From Candidatus Enterousia sp. (GTDB lineage Bacteria > Pseudomonadota > Alphaproteobacteria > Rs-D84), in assembly GCA_045613345.1 (NCBI GenBank), contig JAZLAT010000031.1, forward strand, positions 50,722 to 114,721: a DNA stretch of 64,000 nucleotides. Reading direction: 5' to 3'. Each line of letters begins with the position of its first letter. Positions within the stretch are counted from its first letter, which is position 1. A program made the translations under genes and the position numbers. The notes under the pieces are model-generated. The model was not told the origin of the DNA and did no database searches. It worked only from the letters and a program-made list of their open reading frames with translations. Shown here piece by piece: positions 19,431-28,552 of this stretch.

Positions 19431-21152
19431 ATGGGGGCAAATACAATGGTAAACTTTATCAAAACACAAACGTCTTTTGCGAATGGCGAAGTTTCACCGA
19501 AATTCTTTGCCAATGAAGATATTCATGGATTGTCCCATATGGAAAATATGGATGTGATTTCTGGGGGTGGATTGGCGCGTCGCCCAGGGTTAAAGAAAGT
19601 TGCAAAATTGCCGTCCAGTGCAAGGCTTGTTTCATTATCCGTTTCCGAAAACAATAAATATGTATTGGCGATAATGAACGGTTTAACGCGTATATTTTCA
19701 GGGGAAAATTTTGTTCAAGATCTTTTTACACCGTGGGCTTATTCCGACCTTGATTTGTTACAATACGCGGAACGTTTTGGTACGATAATTTTCGTTCATC
19801 CGAATTACAGACCAAAAATTTTATATTTGGATAATGGCGTTTTTAAAATAAGTGATTTCACTTTCTCGTGGAATGCGGCCATAGATAACGTAAATATACC
19901 ATTTATGCGTTTTGAAGATTCCAAAGATATTACACTGACATTGACAAGCACAGACAACGGAACCAAAATCACAACGAATCATGATTTTTGGACAGCCGAC
20001 AATGTTAATGGATATTTGTCCTTTTTGGGTAAGACTTGGACAGTAACATCTTATATAAACGCGACAACAATTATTGCAACATGCCACGGTGTATTTACAA
20101 TGCCAAATGACCCTATTACGGATTGGTCCGAAGCAGTATTCAGTAATCGACGTGGTTGGCCGGCGGCAATAACTTTCCATCAAGACAGGTTGGTCTTTGG
20201 GGGTGCAAAATCATGGCCGGGCGGCATATGGATGTCATGTGTTGGCCGTCATGATGATTTTAATGTTGGAACCGGTCTTGATGATGATGCCATACATTTC
20301 ACATTGTTATCGGGACATCGTCAGCATGTATGCACGTTGGTCAGCAGTGATAATTTACAGATACTTACTTCCGAAGGTGAATGGGCGGTGTCCAGCAAAC
20401 CTTTGACACCAGAGTCTGTGGATATCAAGATGCACACTTCTATTGGCAGTCCATCGGACATATATCTGCCACCGCAACAGATGGAAGACAAAACGGTTTT
20501 TGTTGCCAACAACAAACGCGACGTTCGCGAATTAGTTTTGGATAATATTTCGGGAAATTATAATGCCGAAAACCTTAGTGAATTATCAGCGCATCTTATA
20601 AATAATCCGATTGATATGGCGTACAACAAAGTACAAAAGAAATTATTTGTTGTTATGTCATCGGGTGATATTGCAGTGTTGAATTATAATGCAGCGCTTG
20701 ATATATCCGCATGGGGGCGTTATACAACAAACGGAAAGTTTTATTCTGTGGTGGTGTCCAATGGGGATACATACACGGTGACAAAACGTGATACAGATTT
20801 TTATCTTGAATATTTTTCTGATTCAGAAACCCAAGATGCAACAACCAATACATACACGGTTCGCGCGGTTGGATTACCATTGATGTCTTCGGGACACAAT
20901 GTTCATCATTCGCGAATCAAGAAAATTACGGTTCGCCTGTATGATTCTAAAACTTTGTTCGTGAACAATCTGCGTGCGGATTTACCGAATGAAATCTATG
21001 CTGATGATGCGCCGGGATTTTCCGGAGATGTATCGGTGAATGTATTGGGCACAGGAAAAGAAATAGTCGATGCGCCATGGGAAATTTCAACCACAGACGC
21101 ATTACCAATCACTGTATTATCAGTCACGATATATGGTCGATATCAAATATAA
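19431..21152 (+). CDS. Tail tubular protein B / nozzle (T7 gp12-like)
   Basis: QTSFANGEVSP, GGLARRPG, GWPAAITFHQDRLVFGG, AWGRYTT.G. Confidence 0.8.
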   Translation: MGANTMVNFIKTQTSFANGEVSPKFFANEDIHGLSHMENMDVISGGGLARRPGLKKVAKLPSSARLVSLSVSENNKYVLAIMNGLTRIFSGENFVQDLFTPWAYSDLDLLQYAERFGTIIFVHPNYRPKILYLDNGVFKISDFTFSWNAAIDNVNIPFMRFEDSKDITLTLTSTDNGTKITTNHDFWTADNVNGYLSFLGKTWTVTSYINATTIIATCHGVFTMPNDPITDWSEAVFSNRRGWPAAITFHQDRLVFGGAKSWPGGIWMSCVGRHDDFNVGTGLDDDAIHFTLLSGHRQHVCTLVSSDNLQILTSEGEWAVSSKPLTPESVDIKMHTSIGSPSDIYLPPQQMEDKTVFVANNKRDVRELVLDNISGNYNAENLSELSAHLINNPIDMAYNKVQKKLFVVMSSGDIAVLNYNAALDISAWGRYTTNGKFYSVVVSNGDTYTVTKRDTDFYLEYFSDSETQDATTNTYTVRAVGLPLMSSGHNVHHSRIKKITVRLYDSKTLFVNNLRADLPNEIYADDAPGFSGDVSVNVLGTGKEIVDAPWEISTTDALPITVLSVTIYGRYQI

Positions 21153-21173
21153 ATATAACCAAAAGGAAAAAAT

Positions 21174-21521
21174 ATGGGACAAATTGTTTCAGACGTTACA
21201 GATATTTTAAACTATAAAGACAGCAAGAAAGATGCAAACGCAACAAAAAAACAAATATTGGCGGAAATTGCAGAAAATGAAGCCGAAAAACAAAACTTGG
21301 TAAAGAAAGTTTTGGCTTCGCAACGTGCGAAATACGGCGCTTCGGGTATGTCGGGCAAAGGATTAACCGAAACAGCGGTGTTAAATCGCATGAAGGCCGA
21401 AACCGAAGAACCATATGAAAATAAAAAGAAAGCAAGTTTGAAAAAATTAAACAATACCAAAGCAGCAAAAAAGAATTTGGTGTTATCGGTGTTGCAACAT
21501 TTGGATAAATTGATCGGATAG
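21174..21521 (+). CDS. Small coiled-coil protein, internal-virion-protein-like
   Basis: LASQRAKYGASGM.G motif; position after the nozzle gene. Confidence 0.5.
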   Translation: MGQIVSDVTDILNYKDSKKDANATKKQILAEIAENEAEKQNLVKKVLASQRAKYGASGMSGKGLTETAVLNRMKAETEEPYENKKKASLKKLNNTKAAKKNLVLSVLQHLDKLIG

Positions 21522-21526
21522 GGCAA

Positions 21527-22120
21527 ATGAGTGAATATAACCAATTCTTGGATTCTTGGAATTCGATATTGGGACTGACCACACCCGAACATCACCATAT
21601 TATGACAAATTTTCTTTGTGATGTTGTCAATGGCGATGTTCGGCGTGGATTGATGATGGCGTTTCGTCATTCAGGAAAATCAACAATAGTCGGGATATTT
21701 GCCGCATGCACATTATTTTTGCATCCTGAAACACGCATATTGATATTGTCTGCAGAAACACACCTTGCAACACGTATGGTTATGCATATACGTAATATAC
21801 TGGAAAACCATTCTTGGTGTGCAGATATGGTTCCGAAAAACAAGCGTGAATGGGCGGAAAACAAGATAACAATAAATCGTCCTATTGGTATTCGCGAACC
21901 GTCGGTTGTATGCCAAGGTATCATGGGGAATATCACCGGTATGCGTGCAGATTTAATAATATGTGATGATGTCGAAGTTCCAAATACTTGCAACACATCG
22001 CGAAAACGTGCGGCATTGCGAGAAAGATTGCGTGAATTGGATTTTATATTATCGCCACATGGTGGTATGATATACATCGGCACACCACATACATTGGATA
22101 CAATCTATCGGACGACTTAG
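21527..22120 (+). CDS. Terminase large subunit, N-terminal ATPase half
   Basis: Walker A AFRHSGKST, ITGMRADLIICDDVE (Walker B), IYIGTPH coupling motif, then a stop. Confidence 0.88.
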   Translation: MSEYNQFLDSWNSILGLTTPEHHHIMTNFLCDVVNGDVRRGLMMAFRHSGKSTIVGIFAACTLFLHPETRILILSAETHLATRMVMHIRNILENHSWCADMVPKNKREWAENKITINRPIGIREPSVVCQGIMGNITGMRADLIICDDVEVPNTCNTSRKRAALRERLRELDFILSPHGGMIYIGTPHTLDTIYRTT

Positions 22121-22128
22121 TATGTTTG
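22117..22128. repeat. 12-bp inverted repeat, left end of the dnaB block
   Basis: TTAGTATGTTTG matches the reverse complement of 25431-25442 (TTACTATGTTTG) at 11/12. Confidence 0.5.
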
Positions 22129-22767
22129 TTTTGATAAAGAACTTGTCAATTCATGCAAGCGATGCAAAAGTTCCAATCCTTCATCACCGAATCGAGGTAA
22201 ATATGTTTCATATTCGGGCATGTCAATTTGAACCTGGGCACGCAAGCGATCATTCACAGGATGACTTAAAGTGTCTTTTGCCATGTCCCAAACCTTGTAT
22301 GCATTCGCTGTTTGAACAATTTCATCAAATTGTTTGCGTTTGTCGGAATGGTTTTTCAAAATACGTTGACCCAATATAACCCAATCAACACCCATTCCAC
22401 GAACCACAGGCGTATTCATAAAATGATCTAAACCTGAATGCGATGGAGTAAAAGAATCAATTGCTTCAATTAATTCGTGTATAGTATCTGGTTCGACATC
22501 GGTATTGACATTGGATTCTGCCAACATGCCACCATAAGGCAACAACTCGCGCGCAATGGAATTCATTGGTGTCTTACCGCTGCGCAGATTTTGTATATGT
22601 TGAATCAAAAACTTCCCGGTCGGCAAATCTTGCAGTTCAACCATAACGTCATCGGTTGCTTCATCAACGAATATCTTGTTGACCGCACCCCAACCGCCAA
22701 CAATAACATGTGCTTGGCGATAAAGGTTCAACAGTTTTTGAGCAATAACGCTTGCCTTGGCTTTCAT
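22117..22767 (-). CDS. Hypothetical protein
   Basis: 216-aa ORF with RBS CAGGAG, in an operon with the XRE regulator. Confidence 0.7.
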   Translation of the reverse strand: MKAKASVIAQKLLNLYRQAHVIVGGWGAVNKIFVDEATDDVMVELQDLPTGKFLIQHIQNLRSGKTPMNSIARELLPYGGMLAESNVNTDVEPDTIHELIEAIDSFTPSHSGLDHFMNTPVVRGMGVDWVILGQRILKNHSDKRKQFDEIVQTANAYKVWDMAKDTLSHPVNDRLRAQVQIDMPEYETYLPRFGDEGLELLHRLHELTSSLSKQTY

Positions 22768-22792
22768 CTCCTGGACCCTCCGTATAAAGTGG

Positions 22793-23803
22793 TTATTCGG
22801 TCAAAATCATAATGACTTTGTGCATGGTTTTTGCCGTAATTTTTTCGTCTGGACCCGACATTTGACCGTAAACATTACCTTTTGAATCGCGACGAACCAC
22901 GGCGATATTTGCCATAATTTGTTCTTCAGGATTTAATGATTTAAAATCTGCATCAATAAATACCGCCAAATCGCCAACAGCCGGGGTCTTTTTAGAATCA
23001 GCGAACACATAAGATTTGGTTGGAATAAATCCGCCCAAACGTTTGGAATTTGGCACCACGGCATACACGTTTGTGCGACCTTCAAGGTTGGCGGGTGCCG
23101 GAATAATCTTTGTGTCGGACTTTTTGAATACGATGGCTTTTCCATCGGGTGTGCCGAATACAGGAATCAATTTGCGACGCGCATTGTTATACAATTTTGC
23201 ACCGAACAAATGTTCATGGTTTTCGTCAAAATCAGCCGCCGAATCACCCGGTGACAGCACCGCGGTCACTTTTTCTTTGACCTTGTTCATTTGTTTGACC
23301 AATTCGCCCGATTTATAAAGTTCGGCAATCTTGTCAAACATGCTTTCGACACTGTGCGCAAAAGAACGTGCCAAAGGTTCGATTTCGTTTTCGTATATTT
23401 CGCGTTGACCGACTTCTATCTTGTGATATACCGATAAAGTCATACCGGCATCTTTGGCGGCCTGGGCAATAGTTTTGCCGGATTCTTGGCGGATTTTGCG
23501 TAATCCACTGCCAAAGATTTTCAAACCGCTGTCTTCGTTGTCATTCATACGGCGCGCGATTTCATTTTGCCATTTCGTTGCGACTTCGTCCGTATCTTTG
23601 ATAAAGATATCAGACAACCGGCATCCCAAAATGTTGCAGATATTTAATAACTGCTTTTGGTTCAAGCGTCGTACACCTTTTTCAATTTTTGAAATTGCCG
23701 ATAATGAAAGTCCCGAACGTCGTGCCAATTCGGTCATTTTCATTCCCGCGGCAAGACGGATGTTGCGAATATTATTTGGAAAAATGATTTCTTCTTGGGC
23801 CAT
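22793..23803 (-). CDS. Tandem XRE-HTH transcriptional regulator with S24-like C-terminus
   Basis: Two HTH_3 motifs (IRNIRLAAGMKMTELARRSGLSLSAISKIEKG; LRKIRQESGKTIAQAAKDAGMTLSVYHKIEVG) and a C-terminal IPVFG...YAV...P.VGD region. Confidence 0.8.
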   Translation of the reverse strand: MAQEEIIFPNNIRNIRLAAGMKMTELARRSGLSLSAISKIEKGVRRLNQKQLLNICNILGCRLSDIFIKDTDEVATKWQNEIARRMNDNEDSGLKIFGSGLRKIRQESGKTIAQAAKDAGMTLSVYHKIEVGQREIYENEIEPLARSFAHSVESMFDKIAELYKSGELVKQMNKVKEKVTAVLSPGDSAADFDENHEHLFGAKLYNNARRKLIPVFGTPDGKAIVFKKSDTKIIPAPANLEGRTNVYAVVPNSKRLGGFIPTKSYVFADSKKTPAVGDLAVFIDADFKSLNPEEQIMANIAVVRRDSKGNVYGQMSGPDEKITAKTMHKVIMILTE

Positions 23804-23886
23804 AGAAAACTCCTTGGGTAAATCTTGACAAAATGATAATGAATTTTGTTAAACTTGGCAAGAAAATAATTCAAGGCTTTGAACTA

Positions 23887-25437
23887 TCAATCAATATCGT
23901 CGGGAATCTCAGAAATATCAATTGGTGTCGCATCAGATACATCGGTTTCTGGGGCAACCGGATTTTCAGCAAATTCAGGAACACGACCCGCCATTTCATC
24001 AAGGTTGTCGAATAAACTGAATTCTGCCAAGAAAGCCAAGTTTATTGTATCGGTGCGACCATGACGATTCTTGCCGATAATAAGGTCGGCTTTGCCACGA
24101 GCCTTTTCAAGGCGGTGTTGCCATGAATCCACGGATTTTTCACTTGCCGTATTTGATAAACGATTCGATGGGTCACGGTTTTGCAGATAATATTCTTCAC
24201 GATATGTGAACATAACAATGTCGGCATCTTGTTCAATAGACCCTGATTCACGCAAATCTGATAATTGTGGACGTTTGTCATCGCGTGATTCGACACTGCG
24301 TGACAATTGTGACAAGGCAATCACAGGAACATTGAATTCCTTGGCCATCATTTTAAGTCCACGTGTAATTTCGGACAATTCTTGGACGCGGTTATCTTTA
24401 TTCTTGCCGCCCGGTGAAGTCAAAAGTTGCAGATAATCAATCACAATCAGTGCAATGCCATGATATTTGCGCGCCAAACGTCTAACACGTGTGCGAATCA
24501 TCGGTACCGACATACCCGGAGTATCATCAATGAAAAGCGGAATGCGTCCAATTGCATCGGAAAACTGCGTCATTTTAAGGAAGTCTTCATCACTTAAAGA
24601 ACCTTCACGCATAGCCGATGCCGAAATCCTTGATTGCGAAGACAAAACACGTGCCGCCAATTCTGATGCGCCCATTTCCAAACTGAAAAACGCCACGGCA
24701 CCATTATATTGCGGATTGGCACGCCCAGAAAAGATTGCGTTTGCAGCATTAAATGCGATATTCATGGCAAGTGCCGTTTTACCCATACCGGGTCGTCCTG
24801 CAATAATAATAAGATTGGATTTATGCATACCACTTATTGCGCGATCCAAATCGGTAAGCCCCGTGGTAAGACCAGACAGCTTTCCATCGGCCTTGTACGC
24901 GATTTCTGCTTCGGTCAATGCATCTTTTAATGCACTTGCAATCGGTGTCACATCGCGCCCGATGTCACCAATGGTTGCCATATTGAAAAGTTTTTGTTCG
25001 GCGACTTCGATCTGGCTTGATACCGGGTTGTCAATATCTTCAACAAAAGCGGCGTCCGTAATAGATTGTCCAATACCAATAAGTTCGCGTCGCATTGCGT
25101 TTTCGTGCACAATGCGTCCATATTGCTCCACATTGACAACGGTTGCACCCGCGCCGGCAAGTTGAGTTAAATAGTCAACGCCACCGACAGATTCCAAAGT
25201 GCCCTGTTGGTCAAGGTAATTTTTGATGGTGATTATATCAAACAATTCACCCGTAGAAAATTGCCGCAAAGCCAATTTATAGATTTCTTGGTGTGCAGGA
25301 TGGGAAAAATCTTCGGGACGCAAGAATTCGGAAATCTTTTCCAATGCGCGATTGTTCATCAACACCGCCGCCAACACGGCTTGTTCGGCTTCTATATTCG
25401 TTGGCAAAGATTTGGGAGTAAAGTCCATGTCAAACAT
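23887..25437 (-). CDS. dnaB: Replicative DNA helicase
   Basis: EAEQAVL, AGRPGMGKT, FFSLEM, IDYLQL, LSQLSR and DLRESGSIEQDAD motifs; full N-terminal domain. Confidence 0.97.
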   Translation of the reverse strand: MFDMDFTPKSLPTNIEAEQAVLAAVLMNNRALEKISEFLRPEDFSHPAHQEIYKLALRQFSTGELFDIITIKNYLDQQGTLESVGGVDYLTQLAGAGATVVNVEQYGRIVHENAMRRELIGIGQSITDAAFVEDIDNPVSSQIEVAEQKLFNMATIGDIGRDVTPIASALKDALTEAEIAYKADGKLSGLTTGLTDLDRAISGMHKSNLIIIAGRPGMGKTALAMNIAFNAANAIFSGRANPQYNGAVAFFSLEMGASELAARVLSSQSRISASAMREGSLSDEDFLKMTQFSDAIGRIPLFIDDTPGMSVPMIRTRVRRLARKYHGIALIVIDYLQLLTSPGGKNKDNRVQELSEITRGLKMMAKEFNVPVIALSQLSRSVESRDDKRPQLSDLRESGSIEQDADIVMFTYREEYYLQNRDPSNRLSNTASEKSVDSWQHRLEKARGKADLIIGKNRHGRTDTINLAFLAEFSLFDNLDEMAGRVPEFAENPVAPETDVSDATPIDISEIPDDID

Positions 25438-26275
25438 AGTAAACGAAAAAAATGTTTTTTCAACGCCTTTTTTATCAGGCTATGTCGAATTAAAGATTCC
25501 GATTATGGATTCGAACGGAAATTCCGCATGGCCAGCGGTTTTTCCGGCGGAAAAAATAGAACAAATTCGGCAAACTGTGGGACCGCGACATTTTTCGGCG
25601 CAAATGATGCTGGAATACGTGCCACCAGACAAAATCAGGCTTGACCCGGGCGGAATAAAAATTTACGCAGACGAATTTGATGGTCGGTTCGGTCGCATCG
25701 GCGAACACCGAATCACTGGTGCCGCCATTTACTGGGACCCGTCCGGTGGCAGGCGCGGTGGCGACAACAGTGTATGCGTGCTTGTCTATCGTGATGATAA
25801 TAACAGGTATATTTTTATACATGATGTCATGTATATGGTTGTACCTGATTCGGTTGAATACCCATTGGCGTACCAGTGTGAGCGTGCTTTGGACTTCGTT
25901 CGTCGCTATGGTTTGCACAGTTTATCGGTTGAAACGAACGGCATTGGTGGTGCATTGCCAGAAATCTTGCGCAACACAGTTAAACGTGCGGGATACGGCA
26001 TACAAATAACACCAATAACCAACAGCCGCCGCAAAGAAGACCGAATCTTGGATGCAATTGAACCATTGTTATCTACGGGGCGACTTTTTGCACATCAAAG
26101 AATTACGCAAACACCACTGATTTCAGAAATGCTGGCTTGGACACCCCTTGGTGGGGCGGAACATGATGACGGATTGGACGCAGTGGCGGGTGCGATTACA
26201 TGCAATCCTGTACCGGTGCGCGCAACAAATTATGCGCATCATCGGTATATGGCAAATACAGACTTTAAGGTTTAA
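25427..26275 (+). CDS. Terminase large subunit, C-terminal lid/nuclease half
   Basis: SAWP..F, FSAQMML, YWDPS, VETNGIG, RKEDRI, HDDGLDA; the in-frame ATG at 25427 overlaps the dnaB start head-to-head. Confidence 0.85.
   Translation: MSNIVNEKNVFSTPFLSGYVELKIPIMDSNGNSAWPAVFPAEKIEQIRQTVGPRHFSAQMMLEYVPPDKIRLDPGGIKIYADEFDGRFGRIGEHRITGAAIYWDPSGGRRGGDNSVCVLVYRDDNNRYIFIHDVMYMVVPDSVEYPLAYQCERALDFVRRYGLHSLSVETNGIGGALPEILRNTVKRAGYGIQITPITNSRRKEDRILDAIEPLLSTGRLFAHQRITQTPLISEMLAWTPLGGAEHDDGLDAVAGAITCNPVPVRATNYAHHRYMANTDFKV
25431..25442. repeat. 12-bp inverted repeat, right end of the dnaB block
   Basis: CAAACATAGTAA, spanning the dnaB start codon. Confidence 0.5.
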
Positions 26276-26296
26276 CAAACAAAAAAAGGAAAAAAA

Positions 26297-27523
26297 ATGA
26301 AATATGATTTGGAAAAAATGTATCGGCGGGCGATTGCCTTGCGTGAACCTTGGTTAAAGCGTTGGGACGATGCGCGCCGCTATACAATGCCGCAATCAGA
26401 TTCAGACATGGCAACATTGTTCGATGCGACGGCGGCGGATGCGGCAGACAATTTGGCGGCGTGTATGTATTCGTTGTTGACGCCACCGGAATCTTTGTGG
26501 ATTCACCTTGTCCCCGAAAGCGACGAATCGCCCAATGCAGAAGTTGCGACGGCGGCATTGCGCGCGAACCTTAACGATTCGAATTTCTATACGACGGTTC
26601 ATCAATGCTATCTGGATTTAGTGACTTTGGGAACGGCATGTCTGTTTATGGCGGAAAGCCCAATTGGTGCCGCCAGTGCGTTCACATTTACGGCGATACC
26701 AATGACCGATATAGCGATTTTGCCGAATGCGGTTTTCCACACGGCGTCTATCACATTACAAGATGTCGCGACACGTTATCCTGAATGGACACCGCCGCGC
26801 GAATTTCGCGACAAAATGAAACAGAACCCAGAAACCACGGTGCGGTTGGTCCAAGCTTTGGTCGATAAAGAATTTACGGCATGGTTGGATGTTGGTGGCG
26901 ATATAGAAAACAATATCGTATCCCGTGGAGAATTCGAAACAAATCCTTATTTGATTTTCCGTTGGGCGTTGCTTAGTGGCGAACAATACGGCATTGGTCC
27001 AATTTTGCGCGCGTTGCCGGACATCAAGACGGCAAATAAAGTTGTCGAATTGGTCTTGAAAAATGCGACTATCGCGGTCAGTGGTATATGGCAGGCGGAC
27101 GATGATGGGGTTATAAACCTTGGTAACATCAACCTGACCCCGGGGGCGATTATACCCAAAGCCGTGGGCAGTTCGGGTCTGACGCCATTGGCAACGGGTG
27201 CGAATTTCGATGTATCACAAATAGTCTTGCGCGATTTGCGCGACCGCATACGCCACACAATGTTGGCAGACCGGCTTGGGTTACTTTCTGAAAAAGAAAT
27301 GACCGCCACAGAAATATTGGCGCGCAACGCCGATATGCTGCGTATTTTGGGCGCGACATATGGACGGTTGCTGCATGAATTTATAAGACCATTGTGCGAT
27401 CGCGGACTTCAAATTTTGGCGCGTCGTGGTGTAATTGACAAGATTTCGTTGCATGGTGATGCAGAATTAAAATACATTGCGCCAATCGCACAAATGGTTG
27501 CAAATAACGATACGATAATTTAA
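26297..27523 (+). CDS. Portal / head-tail connector protein (T7 gp8/Bbp21 family), compact
   Basis: LFDATAADAADNLAA, SNFY...YLDLVTLGTA, RW...GEQYG.GP...ALPDIK, MTATEI. Confidence 0.9.
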   Translation: MKYDLEKMYRRAIALREPWLKRWDDARRYTMPQSDSDMATLFDATAADAADNLAACMYSLLTPPESLWIHLVPESDESPNAEVATAALRANLNDSNFYTTVHQCYLDLVTLGTACLFMAESPIGAASAFTFTAIPMTDIAILPNAVFHTASITLQDVATRYPEWTPPREFRDKMKQNPETTVRLVQALVDKEFTAWLDVGGDIENNIVSRGEFETNPYLIFRWALLSGEQYGIGPILRALPDIKTANKVVELVLKNATIAVSGIWQADDDGVINLGNINLTPGAIIPKAVGSSGLTPLATGANFDVSQIVLRDLRDRIRHTMLADRLGLLSEKEMTATEILARNADMLRILGATYGRLLHEFIRPLCDRGLQILARRGVIDKISLHGDAELKYIAPIAQMVANNDTII

Positions 27524-27744
27524 TGGTGACCATAATGAAAAAAATAGAACACGCATACGCGCGAACTTTTTCGTCTGAATCTGGGGCGATTGTGTTGGGA
27601 CACTTGCGCCGTATCACGATTGAACGCGTCTTGGGGCCAAATGCAACGGACGCGGAACTTCGCACACTTGAAGGTATGCGGTCATTGGTTCATCAAATAG
27701 AGCAACTGATATCACGGGGGCGGGGCGATGCAGAAACAACATAA
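27523..27744 (+). CDS. Bbp19-like small phage protein
   Basis: YARTFSSESGAIVLGHLR...EGMRSLV..I; follows the portal gene. Confidence 0.7.
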   Translation: MVTIMKKIEHAYARTFSSESGAIVLGHLRRITIERVLGPNATDAELRTLEGMRSLVHQIEQLISRGRGDAETT

Positions 27745-27988
27745 CAGTTTATCAAACATCATCGACACCCTGCGTAATGGTTGGTTTTTAATCGCATTTA
27801 TCGCGGGTCTGATATATTGGGTTGCGCGGCAAGATAATGCGCTTGTGGAACTGGACCGATTGACGGCACGAATGACGACATTGGAAAATCGCACGACTAT
27901 TCTGGAAACCGGAATAGGGCAATTACAATTAAAAATTGATGGAATCAAAGAAGATTTGACGCTGATTAAAACGGCGGTAATAAAATAG
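27728..27988 (+). CDS. Single-TM plus coiled-coil protein (possible lysis accessory)
   Basis: Hydrophobic residues ~18-31, then a heptad pattern. Confidence 0.5.
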   Translation: MQKQHNSLSNIIDTLRNGWFLIAFIAGLIYWVARQDNALVELDRLTARMTTLENRTTILETGIGQLQLKIDGIKEDLTLIKTAVIK

Positions 27989-27993
27989 TAATG

Positions 27994-28022
27994 AAAAACC
28001 GCGGGGAATTACCCCGCGGTTT
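27994..28022. terminator. Bidirectional terminator
   Basis: AAAAACCGCGGGG-AATTA-CCCCGCGGTTT between convergent genes. Confidence 0.8.
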
Positions 28023-28037
28023 AACTTTTTTATTTGA

Positions 28038-28178
28038 TTAATTACAGCTGCCAATCAACTTAGAAATCGAAATATCCTTATGCAGCAAGAAATCATATTC
28101 GCAATTACCAGAACGATAAGACCCTGTGCATGCCGCCAAAGTCAGAACAGCAAACAATGCCAAAATAATTTTTTTCAT
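28038..28178 (-). CDS. Small lipoprotein, YhfL/DUF4223-like (46 aa; absent from the ORF track)
   Basis: MKKIILALFAVLTLAACTGSYRSGNCEYDFLLHKDISISKLIGSCN; lipobox LAAC; RBS AAGGAG. Confidence 0.8.
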   Translation of the reverse strand: MKKIILALFAVLTLAACTGSYRSGNCEYDFLLHKDISISKLIGSCN

Positions 28179-28254
28179 ATGTTTTCTCCTTTATTTTGTT
28201 AACACATTTGGGATTATATTCATACATATTCATATTTGCAAGTATAAAAAATCC

Positions 28255-28284
28255 TTGCATTTATTTTCCTGTTTTTGCTAAACT
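28255..28284 (+). promoter_or_regulatory. Promoter of RNA leader B
   Basis: TTGCAT-N18-TAAACT. Confidence 0.55.
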
Positions 28285-28291
28285 GTCCATT

Positions 28292-28512
28292 GAATCGAAC
28301 GAGGGTTTGGTTCGGGGCTGTAGCGGCCTGTACTAGTTCGGTGCATTTTGTTCATCGTTATCCTGCGATTTTTCACATTTTGCACCGTGATTTAATTCCC
28401 TGACTGGTTCGGGGTGCCGATGGATATACCAAAGGTTTTACCAAAGTCCATCGGAATCACATAACTAGTATGATTCGCTAACACCCCGACCGTCATTTAG
28501 ACGGTTTGATTT
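28292..28512 (+). ncRNA. Unassigned structured leader RNA, copy B
   Basis: Same stem architecture as copies A and C, with compensatory changes. Confidence 0.75.
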
Positions 28513-28552
28513 AGTGTAAGTGGTTAGTGTAAGGAACAAAGGGAGTTAAATT

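Larger units (their letters stand above)
15803..27988 (+). mobile_element. Podovirus-type (T7/BPP-1-like) virion morphogenesis module; domesticated prophage or candidate gene transfer agent
   Basis: Scaffold, capsid, tail tubes A/B, TerL halves, portal and Bbp19-like gene; no integrase, att sites or phage polymerase; host-like composition. Confidence 0.75.

Noticed and set aside
25352-25426. N-terminal extension of the TerL nuclease ORF from the ORF track
   Set aside because: It lies wholly antisense to conserved dnaB coding sequence; the ATG at 25427 or later is more plausible.
22117-25442. Intein or group I/II intron splitting terL
   Set aside because: No intein termini or intron core structure seen; the interval is almost fully occupied by three opposite-strand protein genes.
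15803-27988. Ordinary inducible prophage
   Set aside because: No integrase, att sites or phage replication module, and it encloses a host-type dnaB. A decaying remnant cannot be fully excluded without comparative data.
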